IMG/VR virus record: IMGVR_UViG_3300014203_000001
Coordinates: 96,001 to 160,000 of that record
Length of the DNA: 64,000 nt
Reading direction: 5' to 3' (one strand)
Origin: a virus
Taxonomy: Duplodnaviria; Caudoviricetes
Shown here: positions 29,254 to 40,800 of the stretch, piece by piece
Layout: each line of letters starts with the position of its first letter
Position numbering within the stretch: the first letter of the stretch is position 1
Translations under genes and position numbers: made by a program
The notes under the pieces: model-generated
What the model was told of the DNA's origin: nothing
Databases searched by the model: none
The model's input: the letters and a program-made list of their open reading frames with translations, nothing else

Positions 29254-32200
29254 ATGGCTTGCAAAAATATCGATCACAGTTATAAATGTAACTGTGATGT
29301 AGATGGTAAAGAAGAACCGATAAGAATTGCAGATGATAATATAACTGCATACAATGGTTTATTTGCGTCCATGCCAGAGGATGATATTGCAATGGAAGAA
29401 TTTAATAGCATTATCAGCCAGCATGGATTAGACAAAGTGTGCGAAATGTTCCCGTATGTAAAAATGAAACTAAATAGATATGGTGTCTATGTTCCTATAG
29501 ATGGGAATCAATCTTCTAAGATTTCTAACTTATACCATATCCTTAAAGCTAAAAGAAGAGATGAGGCTAACGAAGCCGCAGCTGCGGCTAAACCTAATCC
29601 TTTTTCTAGCTTATTAAAATCAATGCAACCAAAACCTGCACAACAACCACAGGTTCAAGCTCCAACACAACAAGTAGCTCAACCTGTGAATAGAACACAA
29701 GCACAACCTATCCAAGCACAACCCGTTCAAAGAGAACGTACTTTAAGACCTTCTGAACGTAGAAGAAAGAATTGGTTCAGAGGATATGCACCAGAAAATT
29801 ATAAACAGCCTGTTCGTGAAGAGCAACCACAACAGCAAATTGTTGAACCACCATCACAACAACAATTGAACAACGATCCAATGTATATTAGATTCTTACA
29901 AGAAAAAGCTGTGTATGAGCAGCAACAGATGATGCAACAGCAAACCCAACAGGTTGGCGGGTATGTTTCTGCTAATCAGGATCAGCAAATGATGGGATAC
30001 GTTCCAGCATACCCACAACAACCACAGATGAACGGATACGTTCCTGCTAGCGAAGAAACCTATCCAGAAACTCAACCTACTAGAAGAATTAGTAGAGAAG
30101 AACAACAGTTTGAAGAAGCTGTAAAAAATGTGAGAGTTATTGGTGGTTTTATTCCAGATAAGGATGAAGAAAGAACTATTAGTTTTAAAGCAAGTTCTTT
30201 TCTTGGGGAGAAACATGAAGAAAAGAAATACAGTCACAACTATAAAGATACAGGGAGTTTAGAACCTAAAGGTGGAGTGGATGCATACAATCCAGAATGG
30301 CATCCAAACGATCCTAAAAATTATCCTCAACAACCAACTCAATCTATGTTTCCAACGACTCCTGCATCAAATGGTATTCCTCAACCGGCTTATTATCAAG
30401 CAGGTACTCCTGGAATGGTTAATGAGAACGTACCTGGAAAAGAAACATTCTTCTCATTGAATAAGATGGTAAGAGATAAAGCCAATCAGAATTCTAATTG
30501 GCAACCAAACCATTTAACTATCAAAACACCTGAATTCCCAGATGGGATTGATGAGTCGCATCCTGAGTTTAAACGAGTACACGCTGGGATGATGCACTTT
30601 GATTGTTTTGATGGTGAATATGAATATATGAGTGCTGGATATGTGTCTAAAGCTAAAGTAACTGGAGGGGATGGATGGATTGACCCTGCAGAACTACTTT
30701 GCCCTACAGATGATGAAGTAACTGATAAAGAGCTAGAGGATGCTCTTATTGAAAAACAATTTGGTGAGCGTATTAGAAATAATAATATGGATAATACTCC
30801 ACCAGCTCAACCAGCTAAGAGTAAAACTGGGCAAGTGAGAATGTCTCCTGAAAAAATGCAAGCACTATTTGGTAATAACTTTAAGACCAATCCAATGCCT
30901 GTACCACCATCTATTCCTTCACCACAACCTACCGCTTTCATACCACCGAATCAATTGTATCATCAACAACCGTATTACAATAATGGCATGACAATGCCAC
31001 CAAATGGAATACCACAGATGATGATGGGACCGTTGGGTCCTGTTGGTATGTCAATGCCTAATGGCTCTAGACGTATGTCTGCTGAATGGCAAGCTAGGTA
31101 TGGTGATAATGAATGGATGCTTCCTACCCAGGAAGAACTTGATAGTGGAAAATGTACAATGGCATATATCGTTAAAGGTGAACCAGAGGAAAGCATAATC
31201 GAAAAGAAAAGAGAAAGCCTTGATGATATTAAAGTCGCTGTTGTAAAAGCGCATAAAGACGAAAATGGAGTAGAGTGGGAAGAGTTTCTTTATGGAGATG
31301 AAGAAGCTGTTAATAAGAAAAAGGATAAAAAATCCATATCCTACCAAGAAGCATATGTGTTAGCTAAAAAGGTAGAAGCTGAAAATGATACATATGCTTT
31401 AGCTAAAGAACTTTCTAGATATAACACACATCTAGCAGATGATCTTCTGTGGCATCAACAAAACGCAGACCTCGATTTATTTCATCAAGTTAAGAGTGAA
31501 GCTAGAGATGCATTATTAAGATATAGAGGTGAGGACAACTTATCGGCTATCAAATCAACCGTATTTGTTGCTGGTGATAGAACTATAGTACAACCAGGTA
31601 AACCAACCTCTATGGGAGAACTAGAAAGAATTGCCATGAATGAGCTTCTAAAATATAAATCTCAAAAAGAAAAGAATGAAGCTAAAGAAGAAGAAATTAT
31701 TGAGAATTATAGAAGAAACTCAAGATCCAATCCTGTTACAATGCAGATCGAAGAAATACGATCCGGAAAATCATTAAGCACTATAGTCAAGAGGCTCCAA
31801 ACCTTTACTGATATGCGGATTATTTGCACGCCAAAAGAAGAAAAAATGAATAGAGAGTTGCAGCAACGAATAAGCGCCACTCTAAATCCTATGCAAATAA
31901 ATGAACGTGATAACTATTTTACTTGGAAAAAGCTAACCAAACTGGCTAGAAAAACTACTGGTGCTGATATGAGTAATTTCGATAGGGAGTTTGATGAATG
32001 GTGGGGCAAACCAAGAATCATTACTCCTGCTCAAAAAGCAAAAGATATCGAAGACTATAGACTTATGATGACCGAAGCAAAAATAGACTACTATAATACA
32101 CTAGTACCATCACCGCCAGAAGGAACAATTAACGTAGAATATCAGCGAGAATTACAAAAAGCTTTTCATGATTTTGATAAGGGGACGATCACCCCTGATC

Positions 32201-32475
32201 TGAGCATGAGTGAGTTCTTTAAGAAAATGGGATATCTATCATCTCGCAAAATCGAAATGGATATTCAACGTCAATCTAATGTAATTAGTAGACTATTCGA
32301 CCCTGCTGCATATGCAACAGAGTGTAAAAAACATTGCGATTTAAGAAGACAAGAATATGAAGCTGAGGGGTATACTCCTCCTGCCCACATGTGCGATCCA
32401 GTAGCTTATGCCAAAAAACGTCAGGCTTTCATAAACCAAATATTTAAGAAAGCCGATAGGGGGACGATCGCGTAA
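29254..32475 (+). CDS. Large early protein with Q/P/M-rich low-complexity regions
   Basis: 1073 aa; QQQ/PQ tracts, repeated (M/G)GYV(P/S)A, helical C-terminal third; early motif 29203-29218. Confidence 0.85.
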   Translation: MACKNIDHSYKCNCDVDGKEEPIRIADDNITAYNGLFASMPEDDIAMEEFNSIISQHGLDKVCEMFPYVKMKLNRYGVYVPIDGNQSSKISNLYHILKAKRRDEANEAAAAAKPNPFSSLLKSMQPKPAQQPQVQAPTQQVAQPVNRTQAQPIQAQPVQRERTLRPSERRRKNWFRGYAPENYKQPVREEQPQQQIVEPPSQQQLNNDPMYIRFLQEKAVYEQQQMMQQQTQQVGGYVSANQDQQMMGYVPAYPQQPQMNGYVPASEETYPETQPTRRISREEQQFEEAVKNVRVIGGFIPDKDEERTISFKASSFLGEKHEEKKYSHNYKDTGSLEPKGGVDAYNPEWHPNDPKNYPQQPTQSMFPTTPASNGIPQPAYYQAGTPGMVNENVPGKETFFSLNKMVRDKANQNSNWQPNHLTIKTPEFPDGIDESHPEFKRVHAGMMHFDCFDGEYEYMSAGYVSKAKVTGGDGWIDPAELLCPTDDEVTDKELEDALIEKQFGERIRNNNMDNTPPAQPAKSKTGQVRMSPEKMQALFGNNFKTNPMPVPPSIPSPQPTAFIPPNQLYHQQPYYNNGMTMPPNGIPQMMMGPLGPVGMSMPNGSRRMSAEWQARYGDNEWMLPTQEELDSGKCTMAYIVKGEPEESIIEKKRESLDDIKVAVVKAHKDENGVEWEEFLYGDEEAVNKKKDKKSISYQEAYVLAKKVEAENDTYALAKELSRYNTHLADDLLWHQQNADLDLFHQVKSEARDALLRYRGEDNLSAIKSTVFVAGDRTIVQPGKPTSMGELERIAMNELLKYKSQKEKNEAKEEEIIENYRRNSRSNPVTMQIEEIRSGKSLSTIVKRLQTFTDMRIICTPKEEKMNRELQQRISATLNPMQINERDNYFTWKKLTKLARKTTGADMSNFDREFDEWWGKPRIITPAQKAKDIEDYRLMMTEAKIDYYNTLVPSPPEGTINVEYQRELQKAFHDFDKGTITPDLSMSEFFKKMGYLSSRKIEMDIQRQSNVISRLFDPAAYATECKKHCDLRRQEYEAEGYTPPAHMCDPVAYAKKRQAFINQIFKKADRGTIA

Positions 32476-34016
32476 TGGCTAGGGTAGATGTGTTATCTGC
32501 AATGTATAGTAAAAGAAAGAGTATTAGAAATTTCGATTTCGATGCTCTTTCTCATGCCCCTATATCATTTTACTTAACACCAGATGATATATCTAGGATT
32601 AGGTATTTCGCTACTTCGGTAAAATGGCATTCTAAATTAAAGAATGAAAAGTTTGCCGAAGTGGACAAGATACTTATTCCTAGAGGGTTTAAAAGATTTC
32701 ACTCTGGAACGAATCGTATTGTTTATAGTAGCATATACGATCACTCGTTCCTATTAAAAGTTGCTATAGACTCAGTAGGAATGAGTGACAATCCAGATGA
32801 GTATTATAATCAAAATCGCATGAAACCATTTGTCACTAAAGTCTTTGATGTAACTCCATGTGGAACTGTATCTATGGTTGAGAGGGTCAACCCTATTAGA
32901 AATAGATATGAATTCGAAGACGTTGCTGGCAATATATTCGATTTGCTTAATGAAATTTTCATCGGTAAATATGTTATGGAGGATATAGGAACAGACTTTC
33001 TTGCGAATTGGGGAATCCGAGATGGTTTCGGACCCGTACTATTAGACTTTCCATATCTATACGAGTTAGATGGTGATAAACTACAATGCACTATTACCTT
33101 GCCAAATGGTAGAAGATGTGATGGTCTTATAGATTATGACAATGGGCTAAACACATTAGTATGCGAAAAATGTAATCAAAGATACTCAGCTAGAAGTTTA
33201 GGAAAAACTTATTCTGAAGTAGTAAAGTCTAAAATTATAGAGGAGGTTTCAGAAATGGAACAAGAAATTTTGGTAAGTATTATTAAAGATGGTAAAGAGT
33301 ATAAGCTATATAATGAGTCTGATTGTATAGCACCAAAGAAACAACAGCGAAAAAGAAAATCTAGTGAGGATGATATTGTCGTCACTGTAACTGGCGGGTA
33401 TGTCATAAAGAATGAACCACCAGCAGAAAAGGTAGTAGAAACAGTAAAAGTTGAAACTGAAGTGAGTACAGTAACAACAACTGTTCAGACTGCAACTATT
33501 TCTGTACCAGCACATGAAGAAACAGAAGTTCCAAAACCAGAATTTTTACAGCCTAGTGCTGAAGACAATATGAATTCTGTATATATGGATCAAGATCCAG
33601 AACTTGAAAAGAACTATGCTGAAGAAACTCTAAAAGATCAAATTGATCTAGAAGAGAAAGAAACTCAAGCTAAGAATTCCGATCAGCCAACTGCTAAAGA
33701 AAGAACACAAATTAATTCTTTCATGGTAGATCAAATGAGAAAGTTCCCATTTGGAGATTACAAAATCGCTAATCTTAAACAACGTAGCGATATTGTAGAT
33801 TATTTAGTAGCATCAGTGTCTTCCAAATATCCAATCGAACCTAGTCTTATGGTTATGATAATCGAAGAGTTCGTTGATACACAATATGAATTTGAAGACG
33901 AGGCTGCTGTTAAAGCAGAAGAGTTAGCTAAGAATTACTACGGTGGGGACGAATATGAAGATCAAGAACCAGTAGAACCTATTAATAAACCGAGAGTAAT
34001 TTCTGACGAATTCTAA
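32475..34016 (+). CDS. Protein-kinase-like protein with Zn ribbon and acidic tail
   Basis: SGTNRIVY Gly-loop, LLKVA, N..E, ERV, EDI.....NWG, PVLLDF; C..C...CEKC. Confidence 0.7.
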   Translation: MARVDVLSAMYSKRKSIRNFDFDALSHAPISFYLTPDDISRIRYFATSVKWHSKLKNEKFAEVDKILIPRGFKRFHSGTNRIVYSSIYDHSFLLKVAIDSVGMSDNPDEYYNQNRMKPFVTKVFDVTPCGTVSMVERVNPIRNRYEFEDVAGNIFDLLNEIFIGKYVMEDIGTDFLANWGIRDGFGPVLLDFPYLYELDGDKLQCTITLPNGRRCDGLIDYDNGLNTLVCEKCNQRYSARSLGKTYSEVVKSKIIEEVSEMEQEILVSIIKDGKEYKLYNESDCIAPKKQQRKRKSSEDDIVVTVTGGYVIKNEPPAEKVVETVKVETEVSTVTTTVQTATISVPAHEETEVPKPEFLQPSAEDNMNSVYMDQDPELEKNYAEETLKDQIDLEEKETQAKNSDQPTAKERTQINSFMVDQMRKFPFGDYKIANLKQRSDIVDYLVASVSSKYPIEPSLMVMIIEEFVDTQYEFEDEAAVKAEELAKNYYGGDEYEDQEPVEPINKPRVISDEF

Positions 34017-34028
34017 GGAGGAATTAAG

Positions 34029-34685
34029 ATGCTAAACAAAAATTGTCTATTCATTAGCAATGACTTTAATGATGTACGAGGAGCCATTGCTAATGGCATT
34101 ACAGTGGTTGCCCTAGTAGACAATGCCGATGATTATAGATTTCTTAATTGTGTAATCATGGGTGTTCTATTACCACCATATGAATCTCTGAGCGCAGAGA
34201 TAGATGGAAACAAACCACTAGCCGCGCAGATATACTATCAGTTCTTATTTAGTAAACTGGATATATTTGCTAATCTATTAGCGGCTATATACAGAGGTAA
34301 AAGATTATTGTTATTCGTACCAGAAGATGAATCTATGAACTTTGGATTTGTTAATGTATTAATATCATTCTTTGCCCAAACGTTTGGTATAACTCCAGGT
34401 ATACCAGGCACAAGTGAATGTATTGTTAACGATGGCGATATTTTCTCTGCTAATATTGCAGACACTATGTTTGTCAACGGTTTGATCAATATACAAGAGT
34501 ATTGTATATTGATGCCAGCATCTATTCCACCATCGGAAAATGCTTGTGGAAGATTAATGCAGTTTATGAACTATCGCTTTGATAGTATGCAGCAATGCGT
34601 ACAATATTGTACACAGTATATAGCTGCGTGCAAACCAAAGAAAGGTGAGTTGTTCTCTCCAGCGTTTAGGGTGAACCTAACATGA
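34029..34685 (+). CDS. Hypothetical protein, possibly degenerate DUF488-like
   Basis: LLPP...Y...L...LLLF pattern shared with the next gene. Confidence 0.75.
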   Translation: MLNKNCLFISNDFNDVRGAIANGITVVALVDNADDYRFLNCVIMGVLLPPYESLSAEIDGNKPLAAQIYYQFLFSKLDIFANLLAAIYRGKRLLLFVPEDESMNFGFVNVLISFFAQTFGITPGIPGTSECIVNDGDIFSANIADTMFVNGLINIQEYCILMPASIPPSENACGRLMQFMNYRFDSMQQCVQYCTQYIAACKPKKGELFSPAFRVNLT

Positions 34686-35197
34686 TTATATTTGGAGACA
34701 ACAACATTGTTCCCTATCTATTATCAGATAGGGAACGATATTTCGTATTAAACTTCTTCAACACGACTAATCTAGGAGATAGATTAGATAAACTATGGGT
34801 TCCGTCTATAATATTACAAGCTACAGCATTAGAATCTAGAGAGTTCGACATGCTGTATGCTAATTATATTCTAACTGAGGATGGAGCCTTTACTGCTTTC
34901 ATGGAAATCATGATGGCAATGTATTATAATGATGGAGATGTTTTCATACTAACAGACCTTAGTTCACCACCAGTTGTGAACATGTGCGAGTCTATAATAA
35001 AACTCATACAGCAAAGGTATGGTTATAATTGCTATATGGCAAATAGCGTAGAAGATGTATTCGAAATTCCAGATTCAAATATGAGTGAGATTGGGGTTCA
35101 GATATTTATGCAGGATAAAGAACGATATGTATACCTAACTGTAGATCCTAAAACATTGTTATCTAATATAGATGCGATAGATGAACAAAATGTCTAG
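34682..35197 (+). CDS. Hypothetical protein, possibly degenerate DUF488-like paralog
   Basis: ATGA overlap; L.VPS...F...Y...L...VFIL. Confidence 0.75.
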   Translation: MIIFGDNNIVPYLLSDRERYFVLNFFNTTNLGDRLDKLWVPSIILQATALESREFDMLYANYILTEDGAFTAFMEIMMAMYYNDGDVFILTDLSSPPVVNMCESIIKLIQQRYGYNCYMANSVEDVFEIPDSNMSEIGVQIFMQDKERYVYLTVDPKTLLSNIDAIDEQNV

Positions 35198-36005
35198 CGT
35201 ATTTGAGGTAGATAAATACACAACCCCAGTAACTCATATCATATCTGAATATATAAGAGAATACGATATTGCTAAAGCTAATATAAATATTCTCTTATAT
35301 AAAGGGCTAATAACCCAAACACAATTTAATAAACTATACAACTTACCTGGAGAAGAAAGAAAGCGTATAGTAGGTTGTATGCAGAGAGATAATAAAACAG
35401 TAAATCAAGGTTTACAAAAAGGCTTCTATGAAGCTAGGAAGATGTTCTATGAAGCTAATAATATTAATGAATATGAGATATTGTCTGTAAAGAAAGATGC
35501 TATCTTCCTCATTAATAAAATACCATCGGTTACTAGTTTTGGAAATATTCAATTTATAGAGAAGAATATTTACACTTCTTTTTATATGCTAGGAGGGCTA
35601 GAGTTATACTATTTTTATGATAGTATAACTAAAGTTGAAAAACTAGATGTAAAAGGAATAAGTTATAATATGCTAGATATCCATAAGGATTGGATGCTAG
35701 ATCTTCTTATGTATATCTTCGGAACAGCCCAAGAGTATCCGTCTAAACATATTGTAAATCTGATCTCAAACATCAGTGAACAATATCTAACTGGTGAGCT
35801 TGGAGTAAATTGTTTTAGAGAATTTAATAATCGTTCGCTCTTTAGGACAAAGATAGTTATAAATGGGGAGAGAATGTATCTCACTTGTCTGAACCCAAAA
35901 GTTCAGGTAAAAGATATAGACCCTGCCTACAATTATAATATTCTCCAAGAACTTTATCGGATATTCGTAGGGCTGTATCTAAAATCAGCACAGTATAAAA
36001 GGTAA
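35181..36005 (+). CDS. Small DNA-polymerase-palm-like protein
   Basis: REYDIAKAN (motif A-like) and ILSVKKDAIF (motif C-like) in only 274 aa. Confidence 0.45.
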   Translation: MNKMSSVFEVDKYTTPVTHIISEYIREYDIAKANINILLYKGLITQTQFNKLYNLPGEERKRIVGCMQRDNKTVNQGLQKGFYEARKMFYEANNINEYEILSVKKDAIFLINKIPSVTSFGNIQFIEKNIYTSFYMLGGLELYYFYDSITKVEKLDVKGISYNMLDIHKDWMLDLLMYIFGTAQEYPSKHIVNLISNISEQYLTGELGVNCFREFNNRSLFRTKIVINGERMYLTCLNPKVQVKDIDPAYNYNILQELYRIFVGLYLKSAQYKR

Positions 36006-36032
36006 GCTCAATGAGCTTACCTTTATATTTTG

Positions 36033-36236
36033 TCATAATTTATTTGTTTTATTTTTTTCTTGTAGATATTTGTTTTCTTCCATTTCTAAATCACATCTTA
36101 CGCATACTATCATTAGAGCAAAGAATAGAAGAACCAATAATGCTTTATAGCATAGAATTGGTACTTCTGCATTCGTTATAATAAAAATTGATAATATAAA
36201 GAGTATAAGATATGATATAGCTGTCTTATCAGTCAT
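36033..36236 (-). CDS. Small membrane protein
   Basis: Two hydrophobic segments, GGAGG RBS. Confidence 0.65.
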   Translation of the reverse strand: MTDKTAISYLILFILSIFIITNAEVPILCYKALLVLLFFALMIVCVRCDLEMEENKYLQEKNKTNKL

Positions 36237-36246
36237 AGCTTCCTCC

Positions 36247-36786
36247 TTATAAAATATTAATCAATTGTTTTTTATCATCCTCTAATATTAATTCCTTGTC
36301 GTCGTCCTCTATCTCATTATTTTGGATGACAAAGTTGGTAACCACCATATATATTTTTTCTGTTATAACATCCTCTACCATTTCTTCATTATAATATGCT
36401 CTTAGCTTATATAACATGGTGGGTGACATTCTAAATAGAACCCTTTCGATTATATCTTTTACAATCTTAGGCTCTTCAGCTTCAGCAATATATTTCTTAT
36501 TAGGTCCGATATTGAATATTATGTATAGACTTAAACATTCTAAAATAAGAGCATCTAAAGTTTCTGGAATTGCGGCATCAAATAATTTTACTTCGCTTTC
36601 TTTTTCTGCAGTATTCACCACTCTATTAGCTAGAATAAGTAAATATAGAATGGTGAATAGTATAAAAGGATACGGCAGGATATTGAAATAGTTTGATACG
36701 ATAGATCCTACTAATATATAGAATCCTGGTTTTGACAATAGATTTGAGATTTTCATCTTAACGAAAGAACTGTTCATTGTAATCAC
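36247..36786 (-). CDS. Membrane-anchored hypothetical protein
   Basis: N-terminal TM pair; start may be ATG 36777. Confidence 0.75.
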   Translation of the reverse strand: MITMNSSFVKMKISNLLSKPGFYILVGSIVSNYFNILPYPFILFTILYLLILANRVVNTAEKESEVKLFDAAIPETLDALILECLSLYIIFNIGPNKKYIAEAEEPKIVKDIIERVLFRMSPTMLYKLRAYYNEEMVEDVITEKIYMVVTNFVIQNNEIEDDDKELILEDDKKQLINIL

Positions 36787-37444
36787 TCCAATTTAATATA
36801 TTATGCCTTATATTTAATAGTTGGAGTGTATTTGATTCGTTAATTTCATACGACTTCATTTCTTTTTCTAGCGAATAGATTAATTTATATGCTATATCTC
36901 TTGTGATACCACTTCTATATCTTGCTAAAAATTCCCACCAATTACCAAATCCCATTGTTGATGGAAGAAAGAACTCAGGATCATTATGATATAATTGATG
37001 GCAAGTTTTACATAAAGAAACAGTACAAACTCTATGTTCCACATGCTCCAACTTCAACATTTCAACTAAGTCAAATGTGGTTAATCCTTTATATTCATTT
37101 AATATATGCTCTGTCATAATAAGAGCTATATCGAATATAGTTAGAACATGATGATGCATTTCAATAGTAGCCATATCTTGATCTTCACTACTGGATCTAA
37201 TATTACCATGATATTGGCATCTGTTAAGTCCCATATCCATTAAACTAGATTTATAATGTTTATATACCTTTCCTCTTCTGAATCTTTGAATAGAATTTGA
37301 TAGAAACTCTTTGTACGTTTCTACATCCATTAAACTTTCTTTAGTTTGGGCAAAAGAAATTTCAAAAGGAGAAGTTGGTGATACTAAAGTTGGATTCTCT
37401 TCATTATATATGAAAATATCTGGATAATTTACTGTCTGATACAT
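36758..37444 (-). CDS. HNH-like protein, paralog of 26447..27178
   Basis: C...IEMHHH.LTIFDI...VSLCKTCHQLYHN. Confidence 0.65.
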   Translation of the reverse strand: MYQTVNYPDIFIYNEENPTLVSPTSPFEISFAQTKESLMDVETYKEFLSNSIQRFRRGKVYKHYKSSLMDMGLNRCQYHGNIRSSSEDQDMATIEMHHHVLTIFDIALIMTEHILNEYKGLTTFDLVEMLKLEHVEHRVCTVSLCKTCHQLYHNDPEFFLPSTMGFGNWWEFLARYRSGITRDIAYKLIYSLEKEMKSYEINESNTLQLLNIRHNILNWSDYNEQFFR

Positions 37445-37757
37445 TTGCTTTCTCCTCCGATGTTATCATTTTTTCACATCTTCTAATATTATCCTCTACC
37501 ATATTTCTAAGATATTCATCTTCGTATGCGAAGCGATATCTATCTTCAAATTTATATTTCCCGAGATGCCTAATAGAATCTAAGAAACAACCAATAAAAA
37601 ATGAAGAATTTATAGCCCAAGTTTGATGATTGATTATAATACATACTGTAATTCCTGGAATCTTATCTAGTCGATCCAAATCTATTAGTTCTCTAGTTTC
37701 GATTCCGAACTCTTTACCCATTAATACTTTATCAGTGGGTAATGCGATGGTTAGCAT
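37404..37757 (-). CDS. STAS-like (DUF4325-type) protein
   Basis: G.EFG...R...INSSFFIG.F..SI..LG; AGGAGG RBS before ATG 37757. Confidence 0.5.
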   Translation of the reverse strand: MLTIALPTDKVLMGKEFGIETRELIDLDRLDKIPGITVCIIINHQTWAINSSFFIGCFLDSIRHLGKYKFEDRYRFAYEDEYLRNMVEDNIRRCEKMITSEEKANVSDSKLSRYFHI

Positions 37758-37836
37758 AAGTAATCCCTCCTTAATAATATGTTTTGGAGTGAAATACATA
37801 CTAATAATACAAAGGGCTAGAAAGGGGCGATTTAAA

Positions 37837-40800
37837 TTGAATATAAAGAAAGTATATACAGATAATCCGTTTATGGATGCTCTAGTATACTGTGTTCAAA
37901 CTTTAGTCTACAGTTCTATAGTAAAAATACCAGATATGGCAAACAATGCGGAAACAGTAAGTAGTTTATCCAATTCAGATCTGTATATGTCTACTATAGA
38001 AGGCAATGTTATATTCGATATCTTTACATATACAAAAGAAATTCTAGAACAAAGCTCTGTTCCTAAAACTAAGATCTTTGATTATGTAAAAGATAAATAT
38101 CTAATTCCAGAGCAATATAGAGACGAGCTTGTATCTATTGCCGCTGCTAAATGTATCTCTTCATACAAAGAAGAGAATGAATATTATAGAATGATATGTG
38201 GCATGCCACCATTAGGCGACTACGGCATACCAATAAAAGCATACGAATATCTAGTACCAGAGGGAAACAATATTAATGTTACGTATGTACATCAACTAGG
38301 AGCAGATGGATGCAGAATGTTAGATTCATATGGCATACTAGATATAATCAAAGCAGACTACCCAGATGCCAAATATCTTAATTATATAATGGCTGGTATT
38401 AGTATATATAAAGCAAGGAAAGCAATAGATTTTCAGCTTCTATACTCACCGACAACCTCTAATCTGGATATAGATGATAAATTTGCCAGCAAATATGAAA
38501 TAAATAGAATATATATTCTACGAACCACATATTCAGCAGCCTTCAAAATAAGTTCAGATTACTACGATAACTTTATCGCTATATTAATTATTCTCATGAC
38601 AATGATTGATATGCTAACAGAAGTTCAAGAGCATATAGTTAAGAAAGATATACTAGATTCTAGATGTATCGAATATATATTCTCTATATATGGTATACCT
38701 TACTATCATACTATTCCTTTAAAATACCAAGCTTCTATGTGTAGGAATATCAATACGTTAGTTAAATATAAATCTTCCGAAACTGGTATGCTTAATCTAA
38801 TCTCTCTGTTTGGTATGAATGATATCGAAATGTTTAAATATTTCATATTAAAAGATAGAAAGGTAGATAGGTGGGGCAACTTCTTATATACGGCAAAAAT
38901 AGATATAACCTCAAGTGAAAATGATATAGTAAAACACACGACAGACCAGAAACTTATATCAGATAATGTTATTCCGTATCCTTTCGATTATTTTCTTCAA
39001 AAGGGAAATGAGATGTTTGTATGGTTAGATGGATATAGATTGAAGAGAGATATAGATTATGAGATCTACAATTATAATCTTATTAGATTTAAGAATGGTA
39101 TAGATACTGGAAAAACTACTATACGATATGACTTCTATTATGATATAAATACAGTATCTTCAGAAGTAAGTCCAGACGTAGAGAATGCTATAACCATGGT
39201 AACAGATGTATTTACAAATACATCTATAGGTAATACATTTAACTTTACCCCTCCAACATCAACTTATTTCTCAGACGGAAATCATATGATCGTAATGGTA
39301 GGAGGAGTATGTGTAGATCCGAACGCATATATATTAGATCTTAATTCCAATACTATTACAATCAACGCAGGATATAATACCATAGGGCGGCAGGTTACTT
39401 TCATATATCTATATGGGAAGAAACTAACTACCAAATTTAAAATAAATAATATAGTAGCAGAGTACGATAATCAAAATACTTTTGCTATACCAGAGCCATT
39501 TCCAAACTACTCTGCAAATGGGAATGACTTTTTTGTAACTATAGGAACTACTTATATAGATCCGAGAAGGTATACATTGCGTGGTAATAGTATAGTATTT
39601 AGTGATCTAACTGTTCATAAAGGAAGAACAGTTTCATTCAACTTTATATACTCTGATTCTTCTGTATATTCAGCTATAGATATACAGAAATCAATACAAA
39701 GTATTATAGCAACAGAAGATAATCAAACAGAGTTTGCATTAAACTATCCTATAGAAAAGTATTTAGAAATGGGATATAAGATCTATGCTAAAATAAAAGA
39801 TAAATATATATCTGAATATTGTTACGATATATATCGTAACACTATACGACTCCGAGAAAAAAGTTTAAATGTAGGAGAGGAGTTAAAGTTAGAGTTTGTG
39901 CACGGACCAAACGCTTCTAACATATCAGTTCTTAAAGATTTTAGAATTGTAGATACCGATTCTCAAACCCTTTTCGATATAGAATATCCAACCTCGGATT
40001 TCTTGGTTAAAGGAAATAAAGTCATTATTGATATGGACGGAGAATATTTAGAAGAAGGGACGGGGTATAATTTCAGTACTGATAAATCTACTATTATACT
40101 TAGCCCTAATCATTATCTTCCATCTACACAGTTGAATTATACTTTCGTATATAATACAACTAGTGATTATGCGATTAAATTTAAACAACAAGTTCTAATT
40201 GCCGAAGGGGACGGGCAAAAAGAGTTTTATTTAGATTATCCTTTTTATCCATATCAACAAACTACTCAAGGATGTATTATTATACATCGTAGTTTATTAG
40301 TACAACTAGAACGCATAACGGTAAATAAATTTAATTGCATTATCGATATAGATAATATTAAAAAGGGTGATGAGATAGTCGTACTATTCATCTTTAATAA
40401 TAAATATCTATTAGATATGCAGAATGTTCTAATAGTAGAAGAAAAAACAGTTTCTACTACATTAGGAATTGATGATGCTTTAGTTGTAGACATGCCAGTA
40501 CCATTTAAGGATTATATAGAAAATGAGTGGAATTATTTTGTCGATAGTCAACGATCTAGGATCGATGAAAGTACATTTGAAGCTCTCGGTAACGGATTAT
40601 CATTCATTAATACTAATGATATTCTGAACTATCCAACACTTACTTTTACATTCGTTTATAAAGATTCCTATCTAATCAAAACTATAGTAGAAGATTATGA
40701 TACTGACGCTGATCTGAAATTCATTAAGATTCCATTAAAAGCTAAAACCAATACTGATTATATAAAGAAACTAACCAATACCAAATCTTATAATAGCATG

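Noticed and set aside
37630-37836. N-terminal 69 aa of the 1425-aa ORF
   Set aside because: Overlaps an opposite-strand gene; promoter and RBS point to TTG 37837.
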